Positions 1 to 30,015 of a DNA stretch of 64,000 nucleotides are shown here, in pieces. Below the pieces are notes generated by a model. It saw nothing but the letters and a program-made list of their open reading frames with translations. It did no database searches and had not been told where the DNA came from. The translations under genes and the position numbers were made by a program. Origin of the DNA: Phoronis australis (Eukaryota > Animalia > Phoronida). Location: assembly GCA_002633005.1 (NCBI GenBank), contig NMRA01000033.1:890611-954610 (forward strand), given 5' to 3'. Numbering within the stretch: position 1 is the first letter of the stretch; each line of letters begins with the position of its first letter.

Positions 1-653
1 CTGGGTACTAAAATTAGGGACACTAGGGTTGACGACTTGTACTCCAAGCTGGGATTTATGAAAGTAAGACAAAGAAATAAATATCTCTGCCTGTTGTATA
101 TACAGATGTATCAATGGCTTGGCTCCTGCATATCTCAGCAGTAAATTCAATAGCAGTCAGGCTGTTTACTCTACACGTTCTTCTGTTGCTGGCAATGTTT
201 CTTCTAAAAAAATTAAAACCGAGACTGGCAAGAGATCTTTTATCTATGCAGCTGCTATAATATGGAATTCTTTTAGCCCAGAAATTAAACGGTCCAATTC
301 AATTACTACCTTTAAAGTTAATTTTAAAAAGTGGCTGTAATTTACTTAACCTTTTATACCCTGCCTATCTTAATCATGTCATTTTTTCATTGTCGTAAAT
401 ACTCTCATTGTCTAGAGTCATCTCTTAATTTATTTCATCTGTCTTAGTTAATTTTTTACCATTATTTGTCATTTAGTTATTGTCTTAATTCTCAACCTTA
501 ACTGTTTTAATTGTATCTTTGTTACATATATTTCATTGTTGTTTTATTACTTCATTGTATTATATTACTGTTTTTCTTGTTGAGGGCCCTCTTGGAAAGC
601 AGTGCTATCACTGAAGAGGCCACCCTCATTTTAAATATCACAATAATAAATAA
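1..653 (+). mobile_element. 3' end of a CR1/L2-group LINE (frameshifted ORF2 C-terminus, 3' UTR hairpin, A-rich tail)
   Basis: Frame 1 reads LGTKIRDTRVDDLYSKLGFMKVRQRNKY and shifts to IYRCINGLAPAYLS...GKRSFIYAAAIIWNSFSPEIKRSNSITTFKVNFKKWL* (stop at 340), typical of CR1/L2 ORF2 ends. It is followed by a T-rich UTR, a gaggg...ccctc hairpin (~581-626) and an aataataaataaa tail. Confidence 0.8.
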
Positions 654-2274
654 ATTTTAATTTAGCCAAAGGCTAATATACAGCATGGTCCTCTCACAGC
701 AAAACTTTAAATAAAATAAATTAAGATAGATAGATTGATTAAATTAAGTTACATTAAAATAAAATGAATATTTTTCAAATTGAACTTACAAATTGAATTA
801 AAAATGAATTAAAACTTGGGTTCACTGCTCCGAAAATAATAAAATTTCTGAATCAAGTGTGAATTTTAATACTTTTACATGCAAAAATAATCCATACATC
901 GTTTAATAGATGCACTGAGTGGTGTCCCTACACCCAAAAGAACACCTGGGTATCATGCGCATGCAAAATTGCCCGAATATCTTACGAACACCGAAAAATG
1001 AGTATGTACTTGCATCTTCAAAAGAATATGAATTATCAACCACGATACATTCATCAAATCCAAGTCAAGATCGCATAATTTCACAGTGTTACTGAAAAAT
1101 TTAGGGCCGCTGCTCCTCAACCTCACCCACCGCGTAACCAAGCGCACGGACGAGTCGCTTATCGCTCAGTGCTTGTCGAGCTATTTCATTCCAGGAGTAG
1201 TACGCCAACAGGAATACCCTAATATTTACAGTAATCAGCTGGTGACTGATGGAACACCTGTAAAGACTGACTATGGCTTGCTTTCAAGTCAACGAGAAAA
1301 TGTAAGCAGTAGGGAGGGCCCACAATTAACTGACTTAGAAGTTTTGCTGGAGATCAAAATTTACCACTATTTTGGTACTTCGAAATTTAGACAGTAACCC
1401 GTTCCCGCCCGGCAAAAAAAGCAAGTAAACTGGGGGTATTAAAAATAAACCGTAACCGGCATGAAGCGTGTTTAAACGTGCCTTTGGGAATTTTTGACCC
1501 TTTGTCAAGACAAACAAAAATTATCGTTTTAGTCATTTTGTAATATTTAAAATATAAAATTCCAGGCTGTCCATAACTCTGTGCAAATGTCAGATAAAAA
1601 AACAACTTGAGTGTAATAAGAACCACCATTATTGAGAAAGTAATGCTAACAATTACTTTCCACTTCATTAGCTTAGATCAACACAAATGCAAAGGGTGTA
1701 CTCCGGCACGCTTCATAAAAAATGTCTTGGCAAAGGTCAGCTCCCGAGTGACCAGTGCAAACGAGATGTTCTCCCGGCATTTTATCTCGAGAAAGGCGCC
1801 TTTTCGTAAACAATTTTGTCGGAAAAGCACCATGTTGAAGGGAAACTGGTGAAAAATATGAGAGGCTCACCCCTTCATGATACACTTTCTCATGACACAG
1901 ACGGCGCCGATCCCGGCGATGCGGAATCCCGTCTATGAACTTCTATGCCGGCTGTCCACCCGGGCGGGCGGTGGCCGACATCGTCAGATCCCGGGCGGCA
2001 CCTCGGGTTGCACGGGGAGGCATGCCCCAGGAGTTTAGACTAAGATTTGACCACCTCCACATGTTCTCCTGTCTTTCTTATATACATTTGTCCATTTGAG
2101 GGCAATTTTTAGTGTCTTGCAGTTATCATTAGTCTTCGGAAAGCACTGACTTTTCTTCCAGTGCTGTAGTAGCGGAAATGATCGAGGTATAATGGGCGAA
2201 CAACTTGAATGCCCACCCTATCACCTTGAGCACTGAATTTCAAAAGTGTACTGAATTCGCACTATAAACCTAGG

Positions 2275-2410
2275 ACTATAACTCCCAGTATAAACGTAAC
2301 TCTGTGCGTAGGCGCTACGTTTATGTCAATGGGTCATGGCTCTTTTGTGCAATAATCAACAGATGGCGCGATCAATTCGCGGGTAAAGGTCACATGTTCA
2401 TTTGGCGGGA
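2275..2410 (+). promoter_or_regulatory. MCM6 proximal promoter: E2F-like sites and a ZNF143/Staf-like motif
   Basis: TTTGGCGGGA (2401-2410), TTCGCGGG (~2376) and TGGCGCGA (~2364) lie within ~110 bp of the ATG of a canonical E2F target. ACTATAACTCCCAGTA (from 2275) resembles ACTACAAYTCCCAG. Confidence 0.6.
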
Positions 2411-2474
2411 ATTGTTTTGTTAGGGAACATCAAGTTTTTGTACACAGTATTCCTAATTTCCTGACAAATCTATC

Positions 2475-18919
<16,445 letters not shown>

Positions 18920-19378
18920 ACTGGATTTTGTTGAGAAATTAGCCGCGCTGCTACTCGCCAGCTATTTGTGTAACATTGGCGTGATCTTGAAATTAATATT
19001 GTATAATTTTGATTTCGAGACTGTCCGTTTGTTGTCATTAGCAATGAATGAGTGGTCTAAATCTTGTGGTCCACCTGTACCACTGAATATTTGAATAGAA
19101 TTAGGTTCCTGTAAGTTATTATTGTGATTATTAACTCGACGTGCTAATCATTGCCTGAAGTCGAGTATTTCCTATAGGCACAGGATGGTGTGGTACGAAT
19201 TCTTCTGACTAGCACAGATAAAGTCAAGATAAAAAGGTCATCTGGCGTCAGGCAGGTGCAGGTACAGAAACTCAGTTTGGTTGGCGTGTTAATCTTATGT
19301 AAAAATCTGGTGTACTTCAATGACTGGGATGACTGTATTGTTTTGTTCCTATGTAAATATGAAATTGGAACTTTTGTA

Positions 19379-19384
19379 AATAAA
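19379..19384 (+). terminator. Candidate polyadenylation signal of MCM6
   Basis: AATAAA ~460 nt after the stop codon, followed by GT-rich sequence (ctggtgttgtc). Confidence 0.45.
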
Positions 19385-20745
19385 TGATGAAACTGATCTG
19401 GTGTTGTCATTGAAATTCTTGAGCTGGTGTAACAATATTTCCCTTAGTTTGACTTCTGGGAATATGGTGTGGGATCTGCATCTCGGGAAAATTCACCAAG
19501 GCATATTAAAGGTAAAGTTTCTGACAAAAGTTCTATTCAAATCTACTGTTGCTCAAAGTGAGAGGTCAGTCGGGAGAACTGTTGCTAGGCTTTCAACAAT
19601 GAAAGCTTAAAGTTAAAAAAATAACTTCGTTCAGCCATGTGTCTGACATCTGGAGACTAGTCAGCTGCGCTTTTAGAAAGTACATTCGCCTCCTGACCAC
19701 AAAAAAGATAGTTGTGGCAATTTTTTATTTCTATACGAGTAGTTTGCAATACCAATGTTGGCATTCCTGGAATAAAAAGCACTATCAGGTACCTTTTAAA
19801 CCATATTTATATCTTGCTATTCATATTTGTTTCGTATTTTGTTGTAGGAGCCCCCATATGGGGTGCAAATTCAGTTTCCCTCTCCTGAACTATTTGGACT
19901 TGATTTTGCGAAAAGCAAACTAATACTACAAGTACGCACAAGAACAGCCTTCTCGTTTTTCTCAAAAGAAGGATTACTGTCAATTGCGCACTTTTCGAAG
20001 ACTTACTGCAACTCAAAATTGCCTCTTTTCAGATTTAACCAATTACAAAAGCACTTGTTCGTCTGTACACATCTTTTAAATGAGCAGGAAAATTCAATCG
20101 GAATTTTTACTTCTTGATTTACTTTTTACCCACCATGGACAAATAAGTTGAGGGCAACAATAAGATCAATTGGACAGTCATTATTTCCGATTGGCGTGAA
20201 CACAAAATCTCTCGTGACACTCCACTCGTCTTCAGTAAAGACAATATATGCGTCTAATGACAATGAATTTGGCTTCTTGCATACTTGGCGCATGTTTCAT
20301 ATTTCCCTTATAGGTGTTCGTTTCATCCGTACCCTAGTTGAGATTTTGAACCATTCCAATGCAACCGTGCACAACGATTACTCGTGCTGCAAAAAGTACG
20401 GTATTACTGTCACCACGATGGCTTCATGCACCGTAACATATGAAATCCAGCCTCTGTTTAATTTGCCCTTTGTGTTGAAGGTCATAAACAGGTAGCATGG
20501 TCTGTTGCCTTCATGATTTTTCATCAGACACGCACCGTCTGGGACCGTGCTAATGACCAGTGACGTACAAGACGCAGGGGTGCATACCACATTTCAACAT
20601 CACACCAGTGGTTTAACCGATAGCGTACGATTCATGCTACATTGTAACCAACCACGAAAAAGGTAGTAACAATCTGAAAAAATATGCTACCACACTGGCA
20701 TGCAGTTTTGAAATTTACAATCATCTGTGGCATCAATGAACGTGT

Positions 20746-21072
20746 TCACGTCAAATTATACGAGAAGGTTGCCACTTTGGCGCGCCGCCTGATACATGAC
20801 CACTTGATATCTCTGTCTGCTCCTGTGCCGTACCCCACCGACTGCACCGGCCTGTTGGTGTAGTATCCGGAGTGTTTACGGATGTTCTCGAGATTCAGTT
20901 CTATGCTTTGTACAGTAGCTCTGTGTTGTTCCTTTTTAACGAGTGTCTCCCGGAATATTTGTTGGAGCCTCTTGTTCAGCTTCGCTGTTTCGCCCTGGTT
21001 TTTAACAATCGTCAGAACTTCTCCAAATATTCTTGTATGTGGATTCACGCGGGAATATTGAATCGACGCCAT
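20746..21072 (-). CDS. Possible small single-exon protein (108 aa), unknown function
   Basis: Strong start context (atcATGG), an in-frame upstream stop, helical/charged composition (ETAKLNKRLQQIFRETLVKKEQHRATVQSIELNLENIRK) and a possible 5'UTR acceptor (tttttatcag) at ~21301. No recognised domain. Confidence 0.25.
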   Translation of the reverse strand: MASIQYSRVNPHTRIFGEVLTIVKNQGETAKLNKRLQQIFRETLVKKEQHRATVQSIELNLENIRKHSGYYTNRPVQSVGYGTGADRDIKWSCIRRRAKVATFSYNLT

Positions 21073-21988
21073 GATACTGTCGAAGTCGACGAAACAGATG
21101 TTGAGAATATCACCTCAGTCCCTTACAATGATTATTCCTTTGGTTCACGCTTATATATTGGCATTCGCCTTTTCACTCGCATGTAAGCGATATAACGCCA
21201 GCCGAGACAGGAACGTCAAAACGAAAGGAGTGTGGCGAGTACGTCTCACTTTCAATTTTCTTCCAGATCACAAAATTCCGCAAACTCACAGCGCAGTTAT
21301 CTGATAAAAACGTTACTTTAAAAGCACTCCATTGGCATCCTTCTGAAGGACTCCCGTTCTCGTCAAAGTTCTATTGAAACAGTTGTGCACTAAGCCGGTG
21401 TATTGTCTCTCAGCGTCAACAAAACAACAATAGGCAAGGATGTTTATATTGTTATATGGTTACCGTCGCAGTTTTCTTCCTGTCATATTAACAATTGTTG
21501 ACGTATTGGAATTCAATAATTTCAAAGTTGGTCAGATCAGAGTATTTTGGGACATTGATTTAATTAGTGGCAACTTGAATCGATCAGTACTGAGAATATC
21601 TAATGACAATTAAGATCCGTGGCATCCACAATTCGGAAAACAGCACATTTTTCTACTTTCTTCCCGGTCCCTCAAAATAAGACTCTGCGTATTATCGATT
21701 GGAAGATAGACTGTCACCACAAGATATTCCTTAATTATAATTTTGGCTCAAAAATAAGTCCCATAATGCGGCTACTGTTCGGAAAATTTTCAATGGATGT
21801 ACACCACGAGGGCCTGCTAGTGATTGCGGATACCATCGGTATATTGATTCTCATGAACATGCAAGTGCGTCAGCGCACGTCCGGCTCTTGAGGTCGATGG
21901 CTGAGAATAGGCAGCTGGGTGATGTGCTCATGGACTTTGTCTCGTCTTTTTGGTTATACATGTAAGCTGTGTCTAGTTTCCGTTGCAT

Positions 21989-22076
21989 AAACGCCGATAT
22001 ATGACGTACAAACGCCGATATATGACGCACAAACGCCGATATATGACGCACAGACACCGATATATGACGCACAAAC
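21989..22076. repeat. 21-bp minisatellite, ~4 copies
   Basis: (aaacgccgatatatgacgcac) x4 with 0-2 substitutions per unit. Confidence 0.9.
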
Positions 22077-25000
22077 TTTTATGATTTTTGCGAAGAAAAA
22101 TAAACTGCGCATAAAAAGGAAACGAAATGAATATTCATATGAAATGATATTTTACCATGTTATTGATACCATTACATATAAAATTCTTCAAGATTTCTGG
22201 CTTTCACAAAATATCTACAACGGTGTTAATATCTATAGTTATTTACATCAAAGAGATTTTATTAGATTCTAACTTGAACGTTTGTTACGAAAGCTCAATG
22301 CAATTTACGTTTTTTAAGTTTAGACTAAAATTTTAACAAAAAGTAGCTGGGTTTAATTTACATTGCCCAAGCGTGCTTTTAAAAAGTTGCGTCATGCGGT
22401 TGAAAGTTTTAAATAGGCACATCAAGTTTTTCGGCAAAAAGATAGTTTCTACGTCAAAATCCCTCGGCTAGCCTCGGGATTTTGAATAAATTTCCAAGAG
22501 ATTTTGCCCTTATCATGAAGCAGAGACGAGTGTAGAATTCTCTGTATTCGCAAACATATTTGTTCTTCCAAAACAACGTTATCACTTCATTATCCTATTA
22601 GTTTGACGTTTGTCACGCCTAATGCAGTAGTGAAATTTCTTTCACGGCATCTGATAGGATATGCAGCTGCCAGTTGGCCGGTCGTAGATGAAACTCATTG
22701 CCGTGAATAACACTAGCCATTCCAGTTCTTCTCAATTAGCACGGAAACGAAACAGGGAAAAGGCTCATCGTAAGAGTAGCCAATGTATAGAAGGAAAACC
22801 AATAGAATCATACTTAAAACTTCGATTTTTAATCGTAGTAGTACACCTGTCCACGACTTCGTCCACGGACTTCAATATTGTCTCACCAATACAGTTCTCA
22901 GTAAACGGGGAAAACACGAGTTCGATCCGACTAAGCGTTGTTCGGTAAAAGTTTGAAAGAAATCCGTGGGCGGCCCATTCGAGACATTTCTTGACCGAAA
23001 TTGCCTGTTGAAGTAGACATTTTAATCACCTAAGAAATCTGTTTTCACTGAAAATTTTTGAGATTTCTAATGCAGTGGTGTTCAAGAACAAATTGATCTT
23101 GTTTGTTAGTGTGGCCACTTTTTGTTATACATCTAATTTGTATAAATCCAATAGAACCTCCATATGTTCTTGTAATCAAGTATCCGGATATGATTACCTA
23201 GATTTTTTGGTAGTAAAAGGTTTCTTGTTGTTTCGTGTACAGGTTGTCCCCTGAACCATTTTAGCTTATGGTCGCTAATTTTACTTCGTGGAACGTAAAT
23301 TGGAACCAAAAGTTACGTAGCCAGAAATAACTACCCAGAAATATTTGGTATAGTATAAGTTCTTTTGTTGTTCCATGTCCACGTTGACCCTTGAACCATT
23401 TGAGCTGAGACGGAATCGCGACAACCTCGGGCATTTTTAATAAAGTAAGTTAAGGCCGCCAATTTGCAAAATCTATTTTTCCTAATAACTTCTTTATCAA
23501 ACACGGCAAATAAAACATTTTCATGTTTTGTACTGTTACTATGGTCAATGAATTTCATGGTGGGAGATTGCCGGTGGATATGTCTTGCATTATTTATGCA
23601 ATTTAACGCAGTCATTATTTAAAATTCTACTTGTGCATACAGCTGGGGTAACAGGCACTACAGGTACTGTTTTGGTGCTTGCATCAATATTTTCATGGTC
23701 AATTAATGCCTATGCTGTGATTATGGACTATTATTACTAACTGCTGGGAACATCCAGTGATGCAAAAACTAAATTCGTCGTTTCTCCTTGGCATAACGTT
23801 GGCGTGCAGATCAAACTCTTCCGATTCTTTATGGTCTAACTTGTCTTTTGTAAATCTATGTTGTATAGTAAAGCAGACCTAGGAACCGCGACCAAACAGT
23901 TTATGGTGTTGGCGGACGAGAATACCTAATTGGGATACCTCGCAATTTTAAAACTCTTGAGGGAGTGAGATTGTAGAGACTAATTGCTATGGGAAAGGTA
24001 ACTTTTAACTCTTTATGTAATACTTCTTACATCGATAAAACATGATGAAAAACAACGTCATTAATCTAGTCAGGACTCTTTGACAGGGGCATCGGTCACT
24101 TTCAACATTGAGGTATTAACCACAGCTTACTTAGGGCACACAGTGCTCACATACCCGCGCCCCGCACCATTATAAAATTATGAAACAAAAATTTTTAGAT
24201 ACATGATTAATTACCACGTAACACTGAAGTTGGCCCAACAACAGCAACCAGTTTGTTTGAATTTTACCAAAGTCGGCGCAGGGGTATACATGTACTGTAT
24301 GGACTATCGTGTTTGAGCGTCATACCAACAGTTTTGCCCGATTACGGGCATAAGAGAATTTTAATCTTCCGGTCGCCACCAACTTTACGTCCACTAATTT
24401 CACCCCAGTAGCCAGCCGTTTTTTCTCCCGTTCACCACCTATTCGACCCCCTCCCTGATCGTATCCCAAAAGTCCACCCCTCCTGGAGTGGTTGCCGCCG
24501 ATTTCACATCCCGTCTTTTTATAATGCACATTTCCACATACTCGGGTGCACATTGGTGTGAGTACTACAAAGCAACCGCCATAGACAAAAATATTGAAAA
24601 CGAGCCTCAAAAGGCATGGAATGCATCAGCACGTCTTTTTCGCGAGATTCTCAGTGTGACACGCACCATCCTATCAGACGATAGGTATTTGCTCAACTCG
24701 AGTTCAGCCTACAACTAAGTTCACTGAGGTATCGTTAATTCTTACACGACCACTTGTGAATCCGCCGATTTTCTTAGATACATAAACATGTAACTAGAAA
24801 CCAACGAATTCGATGTCAGTCAAAACAGCATATTATAAGAAATTCCCGATGGCATACTCACAGATTCTTGACAGGCAACCAGGGAAACATAGGAGACAGG
24901 GCATCATTGAGATTTGGGCCCCAAGAAATGTTCCGAATTAACTCGTGTTAACTTGACGTATTTGGTTCATGCCAGAGGTAGCTATTACGGTTTATAAGTT

Positions 25001-27548
25001 AATCATGAACTCCACAAGAATTCGATGAAATCTTAAATAGTTTGTAAATGATTGCCAGTACATGTAAGCCTACAGTGCTTTGCGTACTTCAATTAATTAG
25101 ACATGTACTCTGTACACGGACTTCAAAAATTGTACCCCTGACAGTCTGTTCGACACAACTAAACTGATCTTCAAAAGAAATACTATTCATACGATACTAT
25201 GGAAAAACTATTGACATTTTATCGTTATAACATTCCTTTTGTGTTATTTACAAAATAGTGGTCTTCAGGCTTTTCAAACTTCCATCTTTTCGTTGGCGGT
25301 CTATTCTATTTTATTTTTTGAATAATGAAACGATTGTTAGTTGTTTTGGACCGAATGTCTTGGTATTTCTGTGCTTTGCACGAATTTATTTCGTGTTTTT
25401 AGTTTGGATTCTTGTCTTCTCCCCCACTGAATAGTTAAAAATAACGGATTTATTGAGGGGCAAAGGGGCAATTGCGTACATATCAACCACTACATTTTCA
25501 CATGTTATATTACTGGGTTTTTTTGCTATTTCTGTAGTGATGTTCCTTGGCCCTAATACGATACGTATTTTAAATACGTCATGCATCATATGCCTGTTGA
25601 GATACGCTTTTTTGCTAAAGTTGACAATAAATTTATCAAACCTTCGTTTTAACTTTTACTGGCAATCTCATTATAGAAAGATTTGCGTCAATTAACTGAA
25701 AAGTTCTCCTCGCCTTTCGTCGACTCTTACTGGCTCACGCAGGTTAAAGAGATTGACAATTATGAGTGCATTTTTCCACTTGAACAATCAGTATTTTGGC
25801 TCGTTTTTCGTAAGTGCTATGGTTTGCTGTGTTTTTTTTACAAAAATGCTATGGTTAGGGTAAAAATTGATTGACACGTATGTTATTACCCCCGGGCGGC
25901 CCCTTCGAGAGAGGAACCGTCTGAAACGGGATACCTTAAGAAATCGAAAAGAGGGACAGTTGAGTCTATAATCGTGCCACGGTCCAAGAAGTGGCAGTCT
26001 TTACATACGATTTCATAAAAACAGGAAAAGAGGGGCAATCCATTCCATCATTGGGCTCTCTCCGTGATTGCGGCAAGAAGTGAAAAAACACAAACATCAT
26101 GGTGGTCGGGTACTGAATGACATCAACTACTTACCACTTACCACTTGAAACTTTAGCAAATAAAACCAGGTGTCCGAGCTATTCAACTGCCTCAAACCTC
26201 AAACAATGATAAAAATGACCCTTATCGCCAAGCGGGACGTTTGGGATATTGGCGAGTAGAAACTGTATCAAAATTGCCGTAAATATTGATGATTGGTCAA
26301 CCCTGCTTATCAGCACTGAACTCGTGAGGTTGGACTACTTTTTATCAGTCGCCCGTCATATTTCAATTGAAATTGATGACAAAAACCAACCGCTATAATT
26401 GCAACGTTAATTTTGCGACAAGTTTGCGGGAATATATCAGCTTCTTTTCAAATTTCCCTGTTTAAGAGTAGTACTACATAAAGCGAGGAAATGCTCCTTT
26501 AAAAATCGGCATGTCAAAGAAGTAGGTCAATGGATTGTACCACAGCTAGTAATCATCCATCAACGATAAGAGGTCATCTAAGTAAAAAAAATTACAGGAG
26601 CAAGGCCTCAAATCGCTTCAGAGAACTTGTGCTGATCCACCAGGCAGGTAATTCGGTTTACTAGAAGGTAAATGTGTATAAGTAGCCAAAGTGGCTTGCC
26701 TATGGTCACGGATTGTTGATTCCACACGGCCAGGTTTGGTCAGATCCCATTCCAACCCCGACCTTCATTTTGCAGTCTCAGTCGGGTGCATTTTGATAGT
26801 TTCAGTAGTTGGGTAACTTTGTCGTCAGATATCGTGTGTGACCTTAAGAGATTTGTTTCATCACAGTGCCGGATTGTGGTTTCGGGGTGCCAAGATGTTG
26901 GAGAACAGTAATTTGAGCTGTGCTTCCGGTCTCTACAATTTTCCGGCATTTTCTTATCCCCTCAGTGTTCGCCATAATTCTGAGTCCCAGTACATGTATT
27001 AGAAGAGACCTGAAAGGCCCCGTTGACTACATGATAATGAGCCCTGTCATTTGTGTGATGAGTACGCATAATGCAGGAAATTAGAGCCCGACTATAAATT
27101 TTAATTTAACGTAGCTATTGCTGTAACTGCCACAGAACGTGAACTCATTCGCACCAAGCATACATATTTTTTATAGCTACAGAGACTGGCGTTGAGTATT
27201 TTTTAAGGTCTTTCCCGTGTCCAAAGCCTCAGTTGTCAAAATGAAGAATTCCCCGAAAATCTTCATTTTTGACCCTATAGAGAACTGAGACTAAAATATC
27301 TTTAGAATTATGATTAAAAAACTTATGTGACAACAAAAGTCGCGCGCTGTCATCTGATAACGAGAGACTTAAACATATACCTATTAGTGTTTGGATGTGC
27401 AAGATAACGGCTTGATAACGGCGGTGGGCATCAGTTGTCCTAAATCGCAACGATCCAAATACCTCGTTCAGTTTCGGATGAGGACATACTTGTTGATAGT
27501 TGAGATCTGCACGAAAGACCCGCAGTCATACAACGGATCGGCTCAGCC

Positions 27549-27846
27549 CAGTGGCGGATTTGGGGTGAGGGTTGCCAAGGGGGCCATGCCCCCTAAAATT
27601 CTCCCAGATACCATTTGGCAGTTCGGGGTGCGAATTGTTGACTAGCATATGCGCGCACCCAGGGGAGGGGGGGGGGCTCGGGGGGTGAATACACAATGCA
27701 TAGGCCTTGAACAAAATAAGGTTCACAAACTCAAAAATTCGAGACCCCTGCATCCCTACATTTTAGGTTGAGCTCGCGCATGTGGCAAAATTCTGGTTAA
27801 TCCTGTGCCCTGCCCCCCATTACTCAAAATCCTGGATACGCAACTG
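27549..27846. mobile_element. Degenerate MITE with a probable nested MITE (27646-27784), upstream of EcKL-1 exon 1
   Basis: Outer ends cagtggcggatt / ggatacgcaactg; inner ends catatgcgcg / cgcgcatgtg; G-rich subterminal tracts. No clear TSDs. Confidence 0.55.
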
Positions 27847-27897
27847 CAGCTAACACAGAAAAATACTAAACTTGTATTTCTTTCAGATTCATGCAGA

Positions 27898-30015
27898 ATG
27901 GCTGATGACGTAATAACTAAAGGTTTACTGGAAAAAGCGTTCAACGAGAGTGGAGGGAGGGCGGACGTGGAAGTTGTTGACTTCACTGTTTCTAAAGCCG
28001 CATCGTTTGGTATGATTCAAAATACTTGCCAATGCCACATTGTATATTTTTGAAGAAAAACAGTCTGCTTAAAGAACACTGCTAAACTTCTACATTTTTA
28101 GCTTGAGTGGTGTTTGTGTGACAACTTTTGTCAATACTGAACAATGGATCATTTTTTGACAGGGTGTATGCGTTTTTTGGCAGAAACTCAGAGATTTGCA
28201 CCGCGTTTCATCTTCGTGGAAATACAGAACTTAACCGCAAATATCAATCTGATTGCAGAGGCGATTTTGCTTGATTAACCATCGACCTCATTCAAGAATG
28301 AAAGTTAAAGCTGATTAATACATGAGAAGAGCTGATGAAATTCGTGGGCTTCTGTCTGAAACTGCCAACTAGACCTGCAGCAGACTTAAAGTAGAAACAG
28401 TAGCGTGCAGAAGGGTTGAGGGGGGGGGGGGGACGGGGCGACGCAATTTCGCGCCTGATTACCCAAGTTAAATTCCAAAGGACGCTAACATACGCTGATT
28501 CTGGGTGGTTTCTTTGAGGATAGGTTGCAATATACTAACGATTGGACGAATAGGTCGAGGTGTCCAAACTCCATAGTTAAGGATGTCACGTAGTTCTTTT
28601 CATGATAACGTATTTTTCCAACGTAGTTTACGAACATAAAATGTCTTATCCCGCGCAAATTACTGACGCTTCCAGCCCAGAGGTAAAACCAATACTGTTG
28701 CAAAGAATTATCCAATTATCACTAAATACCATATAGCTTAGCTTAACACATTGTTACTGTGTATTAGTTAATTTTGTGGACAAGGCCTATACATAGAAAT
28801 TACATTACCTTGTGGGAAATTTACAACAACCAAGTGTTAGTAGAACATTTTCCATGTTTTGAGATTATTTTAGGTGATGGATTCATGACTTCAATGTATG
28901 GCGTCAAGGCTGTAGTGAAAGAGGGTACAGAATTTCGAGAGATTCCAGTCGTAGTTAAAGCTATGTCCACGAACCCCGTAATAAAAAACATGGTTATCGA
29001 GGCAAAGTTGTTCAAAAAAGAGCTCGGTTACTATGAGGCCATGGTTACAGCTTTTGTCGAATTCCAACAGAAACGTAATGTGAAGCCACTCATACCAGCT
29101 CTCCCCAAGTTTTACGCCGGATGTGACGACACCGACGACAAACCTGCCTTTATAATGTTGGAAGATTTGAGACCGTTGAATTTTAAAATGGCCAACGTAA
29201 GGGAAGGTCTTGATGTTGATCACTGCTTGCTTGTTGTCAAGGAGCTGGCCAAACTACATGCCCTCTCGTTTGCGTATAAAAGAGGAAACGAGGACGTCAT
29301 TCACGACCATTTTGGAGATAGATTGTTCGATGTTGTGAAACAAGCAGAGTTTATTGAAAAGTTTTCTGTGCGTGCTCGCATGATTGATACATTCCAAGTG
29401 GCAATAGGGATTTTTAAGTCATCTTGCGAAGACGCCAATCTAAAGCTTAAACTTGCCGATTCATTTGAAAAGAAAGCTGAAGATCCCTACGCCGCGATGA
29501 CAGAATGCCTTTCTCAGCCGACGGACCCATATGGCGTCATTTGTCACGGAGACGCGTGGTGCAACAATATGATGTTTCGTTATGATGCAGAAGGGCGACC
29601 TGTGGAGGTGAAACTTTTCGACCTTCAGGTCTGTCGTTATGCCCTCCCGACTACCGATTTGGCCTACTTCCTGTTCATGAGCACACAACAAGAGACGAGG
29701 CAGCAGCATTTCGACCACCTTCTGCAAAGCTACCATTCTGCCTTTCTTGGGGTTTTGGCACATTTGGGCGTGGACAATTCCGGTCTCACGGTTGAAGTAC
29801 TGAAGGACATGTTTCAACGTACAGCATTTTACGGCGTAATGTCAGCGATTAGCAGTCTTCCAGGCATTTTGGTGCAACACGCTGTCCACAGTCAAATCGA
29901 AGAGATGGAGTCTCTTGACGAAATAGTGGAGGCTACTCAGGTTTCAAAAGGAAACCATTTATTACAAAAAAGACTTTATGGGATAGTTAAGGATGCCGTG
30001 TTGATGAACCTTTAG
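27898..30015 (+). CDS. Ecdysteroid kinase-like (EcKL/DUF227, CHK kinase-like) protein 1, ~417 aa
   Basis: Exons 27898-28009 and 28874-30015 (phase 1, GT-AG). Motifs: GDGFMTS, VVKAM, LFKKELGYY, PKFY, LEDLRPLNFKM, LAKLHALS, catalytic VICHGDAWCNNMMF, DLQ, DLAYFLF. Confidence 0.93.

Noticed and set aside
1890-2035. GC-rich island upstream of MCM6 as a structured ncRNA
   Set aside because: No recognisable RNA family motif or consistent long stem; probably a repeat fragment.
21989-22076. Regular 21-bp repeats as a CRISPR-like array
   Set aside because: The units are contiguous with no spacers, there are no cas genes and the context is eukaryotic: a minisatellite.
22453-22486. Hairpin tcaaaatccc...gggattttga as a terminator or regulatory RNA
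   Set aside because: Eukaryotic context; more likely the palindromic core of a decayed non-autonomous element.
28774-28873. ORF-track N-terminal extensions of the EcKL ORFs (also 44694-44778)
   Set aside because: These are intronic read-through. The true N-termini come from the conserved upstream exon (MAD[D/N]VITKGLLE...).
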